Made by a program: the position numbers and the translations under genes
Assembly (NCBI GenBank): GCA_024704765.1
Contig: JAKMXF010000365.1
Coordinates: forward strand, 496,001-560,000
Length of the DNA: 64,000 bases
Direction of reading: 5' to 3'
Origin: Oopsacas minuta
Lineage: Eukaryota > Animalia > Porifera
The notes under the pieces: generated by a model
What the model saw: only the letters and a program-made list of their open reading frames with translations
What the model was told of the DNA's origin: nothing
The model's database searches: none
Part shown: one piece after another, positions 1-16,727 of the stretch
Position numbering within the stretch: position 1 is the first letter of the stretch
How the letters are laid out: each line of letters opens with the position of its first letter

Positions 1-291
1 AATAGCTGCTGTTACCTCGAAAAAACATATCAGTATAAGAATTACATGTTTTACTAATCGTGATTTCAGATCTTTAAGAATAGCTTCTGTTTCGAAGTCT
101 CTGACGTCCGCCAATGCTCTCCTATATCTCCTCTTAATTATCATCAATTCATACAAAAGGTACATAATCCAAAACCCAGATACGAATATACTTATTCCTA
201 CCACTATCCCACCATACATATTAATTATTTCGCTGAACGTTTCTATGCGAGGTAACCATTTCATTATTATAGAATTGTCAAAGGAATTCAT
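1..291 (-). CDS. 5' part of an unidentified multi-pass membrane protein, running off the left edge of the window
   Basis: Manual translation from ATG at 291 is open to base 1: MNSFDNSIIMKWLPRIETFSEIINMYGGIVVGISIFVSGFWIMYLLYELMIIKRRYRRALADVRDFETEAILKDLKSRLVKHVILILICFFEVTAAI. It has a hydrophobic helix, a basic loop (KRRYRR) and a second hydrophobic helix. It is absent from the ORF track because no stop lies inside the window. Confidence 0.55.
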   Translation of the reverse strand, partial: MNSFDNSIIMKWLPRIETFSEIINMYGGIVVGISIFVSGFWIMYLLYELMIIKRRYRRALADVRDFETEAILKDLKSRLVKHVILILICFFEVTAAI

Positions 292-729
292 GTTAGATGC
301 TTTGAAAAATCTATAATTTATTTATCTTATATTGTCTGCTCAATATTTTCTTTTATAGCCTACAATAGCTAGGGTAATAGTTTAGGAAAAAGGAGTTTCA
401 GACCTAACACTAAATTGATACTTAGAAGATTGAAAGATATTATAATGAAAGAATTCACTATCAAGAACTTTCTTCTTTCAGTATATCAGACATCTGATTT
501 GTTATATTAATTATAGTACAGAATTGATGAATCATAATTATCTTACAAATATTTTCGATATTACAAATTTGGATTTTGTTGCATATTTTGCTAATAATAC
601 AATTATTTCAATCAAAATTATAAAAATCCTTCTCAAGTTCCAGGATATATATTAGTGATAATTAGATATTGCGTGTGCATACACATTTCTATTTCTCAGT
701 GATTTTTAACGAACAGCTGAGAGGAAATT

Positions 730-1160
730 CAGCATACTCGATTACCCCAGTATAGTTGTTGAAAGCATGTTTCTACCGCAGTTTTGAAATTTGTTTACTA
801 TATTCATAAAAACAATAATTTTCATATGAGAATCTTGTAAATGCGAAATTCGGTTTCAGCGTACTTAGTTACCCTTGGGTAGCCGTTTAGAACCTGTACA
901 TATATTCTTTGGCTAATTTTCTTACTTTTTATTCATAAAAGCAACAATAAATTTACATATGATTAACCTAAAAGTGTGAAAATCGGATTCAGCATGTTCG
1001 ATATATTTGGTGAAGTTTTATTGAATTCTATTTGCTTCCTTGATAATCACGATAAATACATAGTTATGCGGCGATTTCAATATTGCATACCGTAAATGCT
1101 TTCGTTGACAACGGACAACAAACAAACAAACACACAACAATCGAGATTTAATAATATAGA
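730..1160 (-). mobile_element. Non-autonomous Helitron-like repeat, partial copy (5' end present)
   Basis: The reverse complement (TCTATATTATTAAATCTCGATTGTTG...TTTACGGTATGCAAT...GCTGAATCCGATTTTCAC) aligns by eye with 28381 onward. It has a TC 5' terminus and the same internal subrepeat. The left boundary is approximate. Confidence 0.6.
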
Positions 1161-1212
1161 TTAATAAATACAAACAAATAAATTTAGATTCACTTTATGA
1201 TTCAAATATCAA

Positions 1213-2073
1213 TTATTCAAACTGTACTCCTACAAGTATAACACATATAGGACATCTATATCCATTGTCTGCCATGAGATTAGCCCTAATACAATAGTAA
1301 CAAAAGCAGTGGTTACATGCAGCTCTCTGTGGGTGTGTGGGTTTAAATCCACAAGCTGGACACACATTAGGATCTTTGTAATCTGTAGCTGATCTACCAC
1401 TTAATCTCTTATTAATAGATAGCTTAGATATAAACGCTGGTGAAATAATTGGGAGTGCAAAGACGATTAATTCTGAGAAAGTATTCCATAATAGCTCTCT
1501 ATTGAATGTATCGTATAGGATCTGTTGAGCAGACGTTGGATGGTTAATAAAACTGAATTTGTAACCTAAGATAGAATCCATTAGAGAAGGTATTCTGCCT
1601 TTTAGTAGAAACAAAATAAAATTTGATAACTTAGCAGTGTACAGGATTGCTGTTAAAACTCGCTGAAAGTTATATAAGCTTCTATTAGATAGACTGAATG
1701 TTTCCCGTATACTTCCTATGATATCATGCTCCCTCTCCTCTACCCACCCCATTCCTGTAACTAGAAGAGTATAGAACCATCTGGTCCTAAGAGAAAGAGG
1801 GAGTGAATCTCTCCCACACAACACTAGGTTGAGGTATTGTTGGCCGAATGTACTGCCATTGTTAGGAGAAAGGAGAGAAAATTTTAGAAGTAGAAATTGT
1901 AGGATAGCGTGTAGTTCAGGTCTCACTCTAGAATGTAGACCAGGAATGAATGAATGGAATATGCCATTCACTTGCTCTTTGAAAATTATTAGTAGTTGTG
2001 AATCCAGAAAGTAGGAGTCTAGCTGATTCACCCTGAGCACTGGTGGTAGCTTTGGGGAAGCTTTCGATGACAT
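1213..2073 (-). CDS. PEX2: Peroxisome biogenesis factor 2 (RING peroxin), intronless
   Basis: N-terminal LRVNQLDSYFLD, RPELHAILQFLL, TFGQQYLNL, RELLWNTFSE and a C-terminal C3HC4 RING (CPACG...CNHCFCYYC...CPIC) match the Pex2 family. Confidence 0.9.
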   Translation of the reverse strand: MSSKASPKLPPVLRVNQLDSYFLDSQLLIIFKEQVNGIFHSFIPGLHSRVRPELHAILQFLLLKFSLLSPNNGSTFGQQYLNLVLCGRDSLPLSLRTRWFYTLLVTGMGWVEEREHDIIGSIRETFSLSNRSLYNFQRVLTAILYTAKLSNFILFLLKGRIPSLMDSILGYKFSFINHPTSAQQILYDTFNRELLWNTFSELIVFALPIISPAFISKLSINKRLSGRSATDYKDPNVCPACGFKPTHPQRAACNHCFCYYCIRANLMADNGYRCPICVILVGVQFE

Positions 2074-2185
2074 CAGCTAAATCAGCTGTAATTTTAGGGT
2101 GGAGATGATATTGTATTTATCTATAAAAATTATTGAAATATTTATGTATAGCACTCTCTGATAATTCCAAACCTGTGACAGGCGA

Positions 2186-4096
2186 ATGCCATTGAAAAGA
2201 AAAGGCGCAACAGCAACAACTTCTGCTGCTAAAAAATCAAAATTAACTCAGTCTAAATTAAACAAATCTGGTGATGGCACAGTAGAATTGAAACATAAAA
2301 AAGCTATTCAGGAAGTTGGTAAGTGATACGATACTTTGTTTTGTGTGAAATTTGTTAATCAAATGCAATTTAACTCTAATGGGACTTACTTTAAACGTTC
2401 CTACAACATAATTACTAATATAATATCGGATAAAAGTGTCATGTCACGTCTCCAAGCAATGCAATGCAATGAATTAGTACTTACAATTAGGGTAAAGTGT
2501 TATACAAATTAGAAAATCTTATAGATTATGTTAATCTGAGAGATCTCCTAATGAGAGAAGATTGGAAGGAAATTCTGAAAAGCGAGCTTGAGAGTGACTA
2601 TTTTAAAGGAATTGAGACTTTCTTAAATTCAGAATATTCAAAAGGAATACAGATATTCCCACCAAAGGAACAAATATTTAATATTTTCAATATAATTGCA
2701 CCAAATAAAGTTAGTTAATATTATTGCAGTTAATTTCAATTGAATGTATTTGTAATTTCATTCAGGTGAAAGTTGTTATCCTTGGTCAAGATCCATACCA
2801 TGATGATAAACAAGCTCATGGTTTATGTTTCTCTGTCCAGAAGACAGTGGCTATCCCTCCCTCCCTAAAGAATATTTATAAGGAGCTGGTCAACGACATT
2901 CCTGGATTTAAGATTCCAGATCATGGCTGTCTGGATAGATGGGCAGATCAGGGAGTATTTCTCCTGAATGCTACTTTATCTGTTCAGTAAGTTGCTGATG
3001 TAAAAACTGATTGCAAATTATATGAAATTAAATACTATTTAAGTATTAACAGATAGTTTTACGGAAATCCCCAGTATATTCTTGATCTAGACAACCACAA
3101 TAAAAAAGTATATAATCTTACTTTGCCAATTATTTGTCTCTAATTCTCCTCACTAATTGGTAGTATATTTGAAGGATAATTATCCTCCTCTTCATTTAAT
3201 TACTCAATTACGGACACATTTAACACTAAGCAAATATAATAAAATGTAATATACACAATATATTAATTCAATTGATTATAATGATGTCATTCGAATATGT
3301 TCTTACTTGCTTGCGTGTTAATAAGTTCATTATGAATTAATTAATATATCATAGCAGGTGTCTTGGTGTACCGCCCTTGTTTGGGGAGCGAATTTATATC
3401 TAGTGAACGACACAGTTATCACGGGTTACCTCACATGACCCACGCACTAGATTCCTGATTCCTGCTATCTCCAGGGTGAATGAAATTGATACTTTCAAAA
3501 TACTCAACTCAACACAAAGTAAATTGAATTAGTCAGGATCATTGCTTATTGTTTCTTAATACTAGTCATGATATCAATTTCAAAAGGTCGACTTATTGCA
3601 ATTATCTCTTTGACTCTTTCTCAAATACTTGAACCCTCTACTCTTTGTTCTACCTATCCATAGCATTTCATAAAAACACTGTTACACACGGTATAATTAC
3701 TATGTAATTATTCCATATGTATTAATTGGGATAATATTTCATAATTTCACATGACGTATGTATCTATTGTACTTGGATAAACTTCATTATTGTATTCGTA
3801 TATACTCTAGAGCTCATAAAGCAAACTCCCACGCCAAATGTGGTTGGCAGAAATTCACTGATGCAGTGATAAAGAAAATCAGCGAGCATTGTAACAAAGT
3901 AGTGTTTATTTTGTGGGGAAAATTCGCAGAGAATAAGTCCAAAATGATAGATGAAGATAATCACTGTATTATTATATCAGGACACCCGTCTCCTCTCTCT
4001 GTCAAGCACTTCCTAGGATGTAGATGCTTCTCAAAGGCTAATGAGTATCTTGAGAAAAATGGGAAGGAGCCTATCGACTGGAAGATCCCATCTTAG
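2186..4096 (+). CDS. UNG: Uracil-DNA glycosylase family 1; 4 exons (~2186-2318, 2512-2709, 2766-2985, 3811-4096)
   Basis: Catalytic [45 protein letters not shown] and HPSPLS motifs. Exon phases join through GT-AG introns. Confidence 0.95.
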
Positions 4097-4703
4097 ACGA
4101 AAATTAACATAATACATCAAAACACAAACAACTTAGCATTATAGCTTATTTGAACTTTAGTTTGCCAATTATTTTATAAAGATTATTATTCATGTATTAA
4201 TGCGAATAATAATACATTGGTGTTTACAGCCATTTCTTCTTAATTAATAATTTGATTGAGATTATGCAATCATGATTTAATCAAGATGTAGCAGTTAGCC
4301 CAATAATCTCCGCGATATATCAATAAATAATTCAGTATTGCTATGTACACGATAATTTGTATACTATTTTCAATATGTACTGTACACAATATTCTTCTAT
4401 GCAATTATGTGTGTATTTAACATAAATTTGCATGTACACGTTAAAACACCCACAGTATTGTATACTAATCCCTAAAGGGTATTAGATTTCCTTGATTATA
4501 ACCAATAATAATTCACGTAGAAAATGTGTGTGGCAATTAATTAATAAATTGTACATAGTATATATTATACACTGTATCCTCCCACACATTCACTGAATTA
4601 TCACTCATCAGCTTACCAACATATTAATGTTGGAATGGTTAATTGAATTATTTTTCGTAGCACGAAAAGGATTATTTTCATCTTTGATAAATATGTTAGT
4701 TAG

Positions 4704-6847
<2,144 letters not shown>

Positions 6848-7579
6848 AGAGTAACATCTATTCTTGTATGTCTATACCCCCAAGTCAGCTAAAATATTTT
6901 TGTCCAAACAGCATGTATAACAATATGTTTCTATTTTTAGACTATACTGATATCATAACGGAAATAAAATTGTTGTCTATAGCTTTGTCATAAAATATTA
7001 TAAGGTTAATTAGGGTAGTTTTTAGCACCTGTGCTCTCATGAATATTTAATAGCTGATGTAGCCAAAACTTATATATTTTGATGTGTACATTACAAATTT
7101 CCATTTGCTATATAGATTATATTCAAAATCTAAGTTTCAGGTCAAAGTTCTCTCAACCAATATTATTATGCAAATTTCAAACATAAAAGCTTTGATATTT
7201 CTCATTATTACTTCTATTTTAGTATACTGACGAATTCTTTCAGTATTAGGTTCCAAGAATACCCAGATCGTACAGGTAACCAATTTTACGTTCCGTACCT
7301 ATCCACAATCGATTCCTTGTTAACATAATTTAAGGTTACGCACTTTACTTATAAGGAGCAGTAGGATGCAATATAAATACCCCTGATTGTGTAACAATTA
7401 CTATTATGCATAAGTTTTCATTTACCTTTCCTTATTGAGATATTCATTTAGTGTAAGCACTATTAACCTTGAGAGGTATCAGATTTTACTTTGCACCAGC
7501 TCAGACGATAATCATTATCAAATTCATATCACGTTGTGACTCTATTCTATTATAATATTTCATTATTACATCATTGGAC

Positions 7580-9175
7580 ATGTCTACTGAAGTTTACGAT
7601 TCACTGAACATTGAGAGCCTTTCAGATGCTCGTCTAGGGGAATGTCTTAAATCTTATGGTTACCCTTCCCTTGGTCCTATCACAAGTAGCACGCGGGGCG
7701 TGTACATGCGTAAGCTTCTTACACTAGTTGGCAGATCGGGTAGTAACAATCTAAATGGTCCCTTTACTACTCCTATTCCTATCGCTAATAACCACACCAA
7801 GAGCCCTAGTACCGGACGATCCCGTGGGAAGAGAGTAAAGTCAACCACAAGTTCTGAAACCAGTTTTGGTAGTCCTCAGAATCAGCAGAATGGCAATGAA
7901 GATCCCAGGACGAAGATTTCCAAAATTGAGTCTCCTTCCTCCTCGAGGAAGATTGAGAATTCAATTCCATTTCCTCGCAGCAAGAGCTACTCCCCTCGTC
8001 TCGGAGACCACACAAGCGGATCAGCTCCAAACTCCTCCCCTGATCTCTTCTTCTCGGGGTCTCTTGAAGGGTGTCAAGATGAAAATAGTCTGTATAACAG
8101 ATCCTGTGGATCTAGCTCCAGTTCAAGTCGATCTGACCAATCACTAGACTCCCGTATGAACAGAGGTACAGATATTTCTATCCCTGGTTACTCTATGTAT
8201 GTATCATCAGCTGACCAACAGAGAGGATTAGTCAGAGATCTCCTCTACACTCTCAACAACCCCAAGTTCGTAGGATCAGATGTCTGCTTCCAGACTTCAC
8301 ACGGAGACCGTCTCTTCGCTAGTCGTGCTGTACTAGCAGCTCGTTGTCCATCCATGGTCCCTTATCTCTACAGCACGGAGGTAGCTGTACCCCTCAAGGT
8401 TATGACACTGACAGGCCAAATGTGTGTTGTATGGGCACGGCCTTCAGATCTGATTGCTAACGTAAAGTACCGAATATTCTTCCAGCAAGGAATACATATG
8501 AAAGCTCAGCGTCTTGTCTATGACCAGAAAGAAATGTTAGATCACATGTCTCTATCATCATTCGGGATATACGTAGCTTCTACGATACATCTGTTAATAT
8601 CTTCTGATGCAGCTCCTACTAATGATATTCCTGACGTAGAACAGTCTTTACAAACTCAAGAGGAAGCTCCAGTCCCAGCCATACCTTGCCTCGTGTCACA
8701 GTCTTCACTACCACTCGGTATGAAGTCTCCTCTTAACTCATTCAAACAAGAGATGATACGAGACGCGATGAGTTCTCTCAGAGACTCAGCTGACGGAGAG
8801 AAGGAAGAATCTCTTCCCTTCCATGTTGAACATGTAGTTTACTTGCCTGGGGTAGATCATGGTTGTGCTCAGAGCTTCTTACGCTATCTCTACTCAGACA
8901 CGATTGATCTTAACCTCTCACAAGTTGTACAGATAGCTACACTAGCTCACACATTCTCCATACACCACCTCAAGAATCAGAGTTTAGAGTATCTAAGACA
9001 ATCCATCAATGAGAATCACATCATAGACATCTTACATGAAGCTGAAAGGTTTGGCTGCGAAGAGATCACTGAAATATGTCACCAATACGCTAAGAAGAAT
9101 AATATTCAAATTGAAGAACGAATGAACCATAGTATGGTAACGGAGAATCTAAGCCGAATGCATCTCACACAGTGA
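7580..9175 (+). CDS. LEM domain + BTB/POZ domain interrupted by a ubiquitin-like domain + BACK-like helices; intronless
   Basis: LEM: LSDARLGECLKSYGYPSLGPITSSTRGVYMRKLLTL. BTB N-half: SDVCFQTSHGDRLFASRAVLAARCP. UBL: VMTLTGQMCVVWARPSDLIANVK...GIHMKAQRLVY...STIHLL. BTB C-half/BACK: FLRYLYSDTIDL...LAHTFSIHHLKNQSLEYL...IIDILHEAERFGCEEITEIC. The first ATG is at 7580 (the track starts on a TTG at 7574). Confidence 0.8.
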   Translation: MSTEVYDSLNIESLSDARLGECLKSYGYPSLGPITSSTRGVYMRKLLTLVGRSGSNNLNGPFTTPIPIANNHTKSPSTGRSRGKRVKSTTSSETSFGSPQNQQNGNEDPRTKISKIESPSSSRKIENSIPFPRSKSYSPRLGDHTSGSAPNSSPDLFFSGSLEGCQDENSLYNRSCGSSSSSSRSDQSLDSRMNRGTDISIPGYSMYVSSADQQRGLVRDLLYTLNNPKFVGSDVCFQTSHGDRLFASRAVLAARCPSMVPYLYSTEVAVPLKVMTLTGQMCVVWARPSDLIANVKYRIFFQQGIHMKAQRLVYDQKEMLDHMSLSSFGIYVASTIHLLISSDAAPTNDIPDVEQSLQTQEEAPVPAIPCLVSQSSLPLGMKSPLNSFKQEMIRDAMSSLRDSADGEKEESLPFHVEHVVYLPGVDHGCAQSFLRYLYSDTIDLNLSQVVQIATLAHTFSIHHLKNQSLEYLRQSINENHIIDILHEAERFGCEEITEICHQYAKKNNIQIEERMNHSMVTENLSRMHLTQ

Positions 9176-9918
9176 AGTGTAACTGAACTGAGCTGAGAGA
9201 GTGATAGCTTATTACTTCCGTAAATGTATTACGTAGTTATATACGGTGAAATAATGCAACTAAAAAGAAAATTGGTATATTAATTAATATATCTCTCTCT
9301 CACTTTTCTAAGTATATACTGTAACATGTTGTATGTATGTGTGCAGATCTTATCAAATGCACTAGTTTTCCGTTTTTATTTATGTATTTTCATGTATATC
9401 TTCTCATAAATAAAATTTGTGTTCTGACGAATTTGCTATCTAAAATACCAAATAATTACAGATTCACTCTCCTGGAGGAGGGTTAATTGAAATATTTGTA
9501 TTAATTCTATGGTCTGGGTCTGAATCCTGTCCAGGAATCGAGTGTTGTAACTTAGAAATTTCCTACAGAGAATGAGTATATTAAATAACCATGGATAATA
9601 GAGAAGAATTACCTTTGAAAAATACTATTAGCCAATTGATAATATATTGTAGATGCCGGATATAAGCACCATCCTCTGGAAAACTAGTCTCATATAATAC
9701 TGTATATTTTATGCGAGGTATAAGCATATATATATTGTTCTCATAACCGGCTTCCACTTTATCTTATAACTTATTTCCTTACCCCTGTAATTAGATTGTG
9801 AAATAATCTTCGAATATTAATTTAATTAATAATCCAGCACATACCTTTTTGAAATATTGATAGAAATATACCGACATAATCTACTCTTTAGAAACAGCTG
9901 ATATAAGTGATACTGGTA

Positions 9919-12581
<2,663 letters not shown>

Positions 12582-12760
12582 TTCTGTTCATTTTGTAAGT
12601 GATAAGATAACTGATATTACTGGGACATAGTATACGAAGTTTAAGATTTTAAACGACAAAATTCTTTTCTAAGTGCAACTCTTGTCTAAGATATTTTCCA
12701 CTCAAATATTTAGTTTTTCTCAACAAATAATTATAATAATTTACTACAGCAGTTATAAAT

Positions 12761-14113
12761 ATGACGTCATCCAATAAGATAAGTAAGAGAAAATCTATAA
12801 TCGAGGGAGATACATCGAAAGATACATTCTCTGATCTAGAGTTAGATGAGTGGGTAGTTAGAGCTTGTTCCTATCTAGGTATACATCATCCTACCCCGGT
12901 ACAGTCTAACTGCATTCCTGCTATACTCAGGGGTAGGGACTGTATCGGGTGTGCAGAGACTGGGAGTGGAAAGACAGCTGCTTTCGCACTTCCTATTCTA
13001 CAAACTCTAGCTGTAGATCCCTATGGTATATTCGCATTAGTCCTTACTCCCACTAGAGAACTTGCTATACAAATAGCAGATCAGTTCAAAGCTTTTGGAG
13101 CTCACATATCTATCCGGGTTACAGTAGTAGTTGGGGGTATGGATATGATAGAACAAGGTATAATGCTAGCTAACAAGCCTCATGTGGTTGTAGGGACTCC
13201 AGGGAGACTAGCTGACCACCTGAAAAGTACAGATTTCAGTCTGAAGAAGGTTAGATACCTTGTCTTGGATGAGGCAGATCGATTACTTGCCCCTTCATTC
13301 CAGCCTGACCTAGAGACGATATTCTCCTCTCTTCCTGCTAGGAGGCAAACTCTTATCTTCTCCGCTACCCTGACAGATACCCTTAAACAGCTGAGCGCTA
13401 TCACAAACGACAACTGTTTCTCCTGGACAGAGCCGAGACAAACCGCAACTGTATCAACTCTTGACCAGAAATACATATTTATACCAGCCAAAGTTAGAGA
13501 TGTTTATCTCACTCATTTAGTGGATTTATTCCACACAATAGAGAATAAAACAGTGTTAGTATTCACTAGCACTTGCAAGAGTTGTCAGGTATTGACTGAG
13601 CTACTTAGGAAACTAGATTGTCCATGTGTGTGTATGCATTCTATCATGAATCAGAGCGAGCGTATTGCTTCTCTAGCAAAGTTTAAATCGTCTCTAATCA
13701 AGGTACTGGTATCAACAGATGTAGGGAGCAGAGGACTAGATATACCTCGTGTGGGTGTGGTTATAAACTACAATGTACCAGCCAGTCCTAAGGACTACGT
13801 TCATAGAGTTGGTAGAACAGCTAGAGCGGGGTTATATGGGCGTGCGGTGACCCTGGTGAGCCAATTCGATGTCAAGAGACTGCTAGCTATAGAAAAGCTC
13901 ATTAGTACGAAAATGGAGAAGTTCGAATTGCAGGAGAGTGTAGTTCTTAAGAAGCTACAAACAGTTTCTATAGCGAGGAGGGAAGTAGAAGTTAGGTTAA
14001 AAGAAAACGAATTTGGAGAGAAGCAAAGGATTAACAAAGCAAAGAGGAAATTACTGGAAGATGCGTTAAGGGAACAAGATGAATTAGAGAGCGAAATAAA
14101 GAGGAAGAAGTGA
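12761..14113 (+). CDS. DDX49: DEAD-box RNA helicase DDX49/Dbp8; intronless
   Basis: Q motif, AETGSGKT, PTRELA, TPGRL, DEAD, SAT, RGLDIP and HRVGRTAR, plus DPYGIFALVL and FGEKQRINKAK typical of DDX49. Confidence 0.92.
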   Translation: MTSSNKISKRKSIIEGDTSKDTFSDLELDEWVVRACSYLGIHHPTPVQSNCIPAILRGRDCIGCAETGSGKTAAFALPILQTLAVDPYGIFALVLTPTRELAIQIADQFKAFGAHISIRVTVVVGGMDMIEQGIMLANKPHVVVGTPGRLADHLKSTDFSLKKVRYLVLDEADRLLAPSFQPDLETIFSSLPARRQTLIFSATLTDTLKQLSAITNDNCFSWTEPRQTATVSTLDQKYIFIPAKVRDVYLTHLVDLFHTIENKTVLVFTSTCKSCQVLTELLRKLDCPCVCMHSIMNQSERIASLAKFKSSLIKVLVSTDVGSRGLDIPRVGVVINYNVPASPKDYVHRVGRTARAGLYGRAVTLVSQFDVKRLLAIEKLISTKMEKFELQESVVLKKLQTVSIARREVEVRLKENEFGEKQRINKAKRKLLEDALREQDELESEIKRKK

Positions 14114-14745
14114 TTTAAGTTACAAGATTAATTCAATCATGCTTGTGTCTTTTTGTAATAGTTTTGAATTTAATTTATAATACAGTGCTATTGTCGTGTC
14201 TGTTGAAACCTATTATAGATGAATTAGGTACCAGAGAGAATAGTGACCCCATTAGCATTCGTTTAGTCACAGATAAATGATCATTTGTTAGAGCATTTAA
14301 TTCTTAGCGTATGCCATCCCTATGCAGCTACTGTTTATTTTGTATGGCCAGGGCTGAAACAGAAATATACCTAATACACAAAGGGAAATTATCGAACGGA
14401 ATCTTCCACCAAAATCATAAAATTTGATGTGGCATTACCAGCTCTGCGGATATTAATGTAATAGATTTTTGTGGGCGAATATATTTCCTACCCAAAATGA
14501 CAATTACTTATAAAATTTTATATTCCTGCCCTCCAGCCTATTGCATAATGTGCTTTAACAGCTTATACATGAGTATTACATTATAATACAAGTTACAGGA
14601 GTCTAAATAGTCACGGTAACCAGACCACACAATTCTGTCACTAAGCAAACATTAAAGAATATCAAGTAAATATCTGGAATTGACCACAACTACACATAAT
14701 GGAAATAAAGACATTAGTTAGTGGTGTGTGGCAGTAGGCCTAACT

Positions 14746-15324
<579 letters not shown>

Positions 15325-15412
15325 TCAATGAATACAAAATAGCTATGAGTGCAATATAGTAGTAAAATTTCAACTATTAATTCAATGCAAATATTTAATG
15401 GTGGTTACTGCA

Positions 15413-15451
15413 CTTGAGTGATATCTTGAGTGATATCTTGAGTGATATCTT
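15413..15451. repeat. 12-bp tandem repeat (CTTGAGTGATAT)x3 upstream of CDC42
   Basis: Directly visible. Confidence 0.9.
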
Positions 15452-16205
15452 ACTAGAAATAATTTTACTGAATCAATTATATAGAAAAGAATAGCTTCCA
15501 ATATAAGTGTATCTATAGACGAAATAAATAAGTAGGTACAAGTCATTGTAACCCGATTCTATGAGAACCTTCACTAACAAAGTAATATTCTAATAAATTA
15601 AGAACTGTACTGGTTAAAAATCTGTGTAACTACATATTATAATCGTTCATGTATTGAAGAGGCCATTCAGCCAAATGGATTACTACGAAATGAGACAATA
15701 CTTTTGTTTATTATATGAGAGGGTTGGCTTCTCGTCTTAATGTAAATACTACACCTGGTGACTTGTATTATGGTATTCACCACATTACTTAGTTATTGAC
15801 ACTTATGGATTAGCACTATTGAATTAGCCAATAACCTAGACAATGTAAATATGCAATTTGAAAACCTTTTCGTAGAGACTACAAATATCCTGATTGAATG
15901 TACGTGTGTTGTAACGATAGAAGTATTTATGGGATTATCAACTAGAATATTTGCCTTTGAATAAGCTCGTTTATATATATTCATATAGAACAAGATATAA
16001 ATAAACTAAGCACAGTAAGATATATTAAGAATTAATATTATTCTAAATATAACCTATAAGAATTAAAATCATTATAATGGTTTAATGGATATTTCTGTAA
16101 TTGAGCCAAAATAGAATTGTATAAGAACAGTTGTAAGCATTGGTTTTCTTATACTTAATTGCAAGCCTTATTTTGCACATTTTCTCTTAAAATATCACTA
16201 TAGGC

Positions 16206-16237
16206 CAATGGTTCTCAACCTGGTGTCCGCGGATCCC
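16206..16237 (+). mobile_element. Solo hAT/Charlie-like terminus relic
   Basis: CAATGGTTCTCAACCTGGTGTCCGCGGATCCC resembles the CAGTGGTTCTCAACC terminus of hAT-Charlie elements. No partner end was found. Confidence 0.45.
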
Positions 16238-16727
16238 ATATAATTCACCAAATGGGTCAAGCCACTTATAATTGTAAATTTGTATCATTCAGTTAAACCG
16301 TAAAGAATAATAATTACACATTAGAAAGGTTTATTGGGAGTGTTCTTGATACGGTTTAGACGTAGCCCTGTAATGTAATTCCTTGCTATAATAAAGGAAG
16401 AAATCCCAGCAGCAGCTAGGGCAAACCAACTTATAATCAATGTTCTGGTTGTGATCTTTCTTGGGAACTTCCTTGTGTTCATGTGTTGTATCGCGAAATT
16501 CCCGGCTGAATTAATTAATAGCTAAATAATCTAACCTGCATGGGGGATTTTGACATAATAATATGAGAACAATCAAGGTAGATTAATACGTACATAGACA
16601 AAGAACTAGTAGAGTATTACACCAATAACAAATTTGTATATATATATATTTACATATATACAAAACACAGGGTAAATGATCCTACATACAGTAGTAATAT
16701 ACAGTTTGTATTAAGACTCTACTGAAA

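Noticed and set aside
9505-9545. GGGTCTGAATCCTGTCCAGG, resembling a tRNA T-arm/B-box
   Set aside because: No cloverleaf. At most a decayed SINE fragment.
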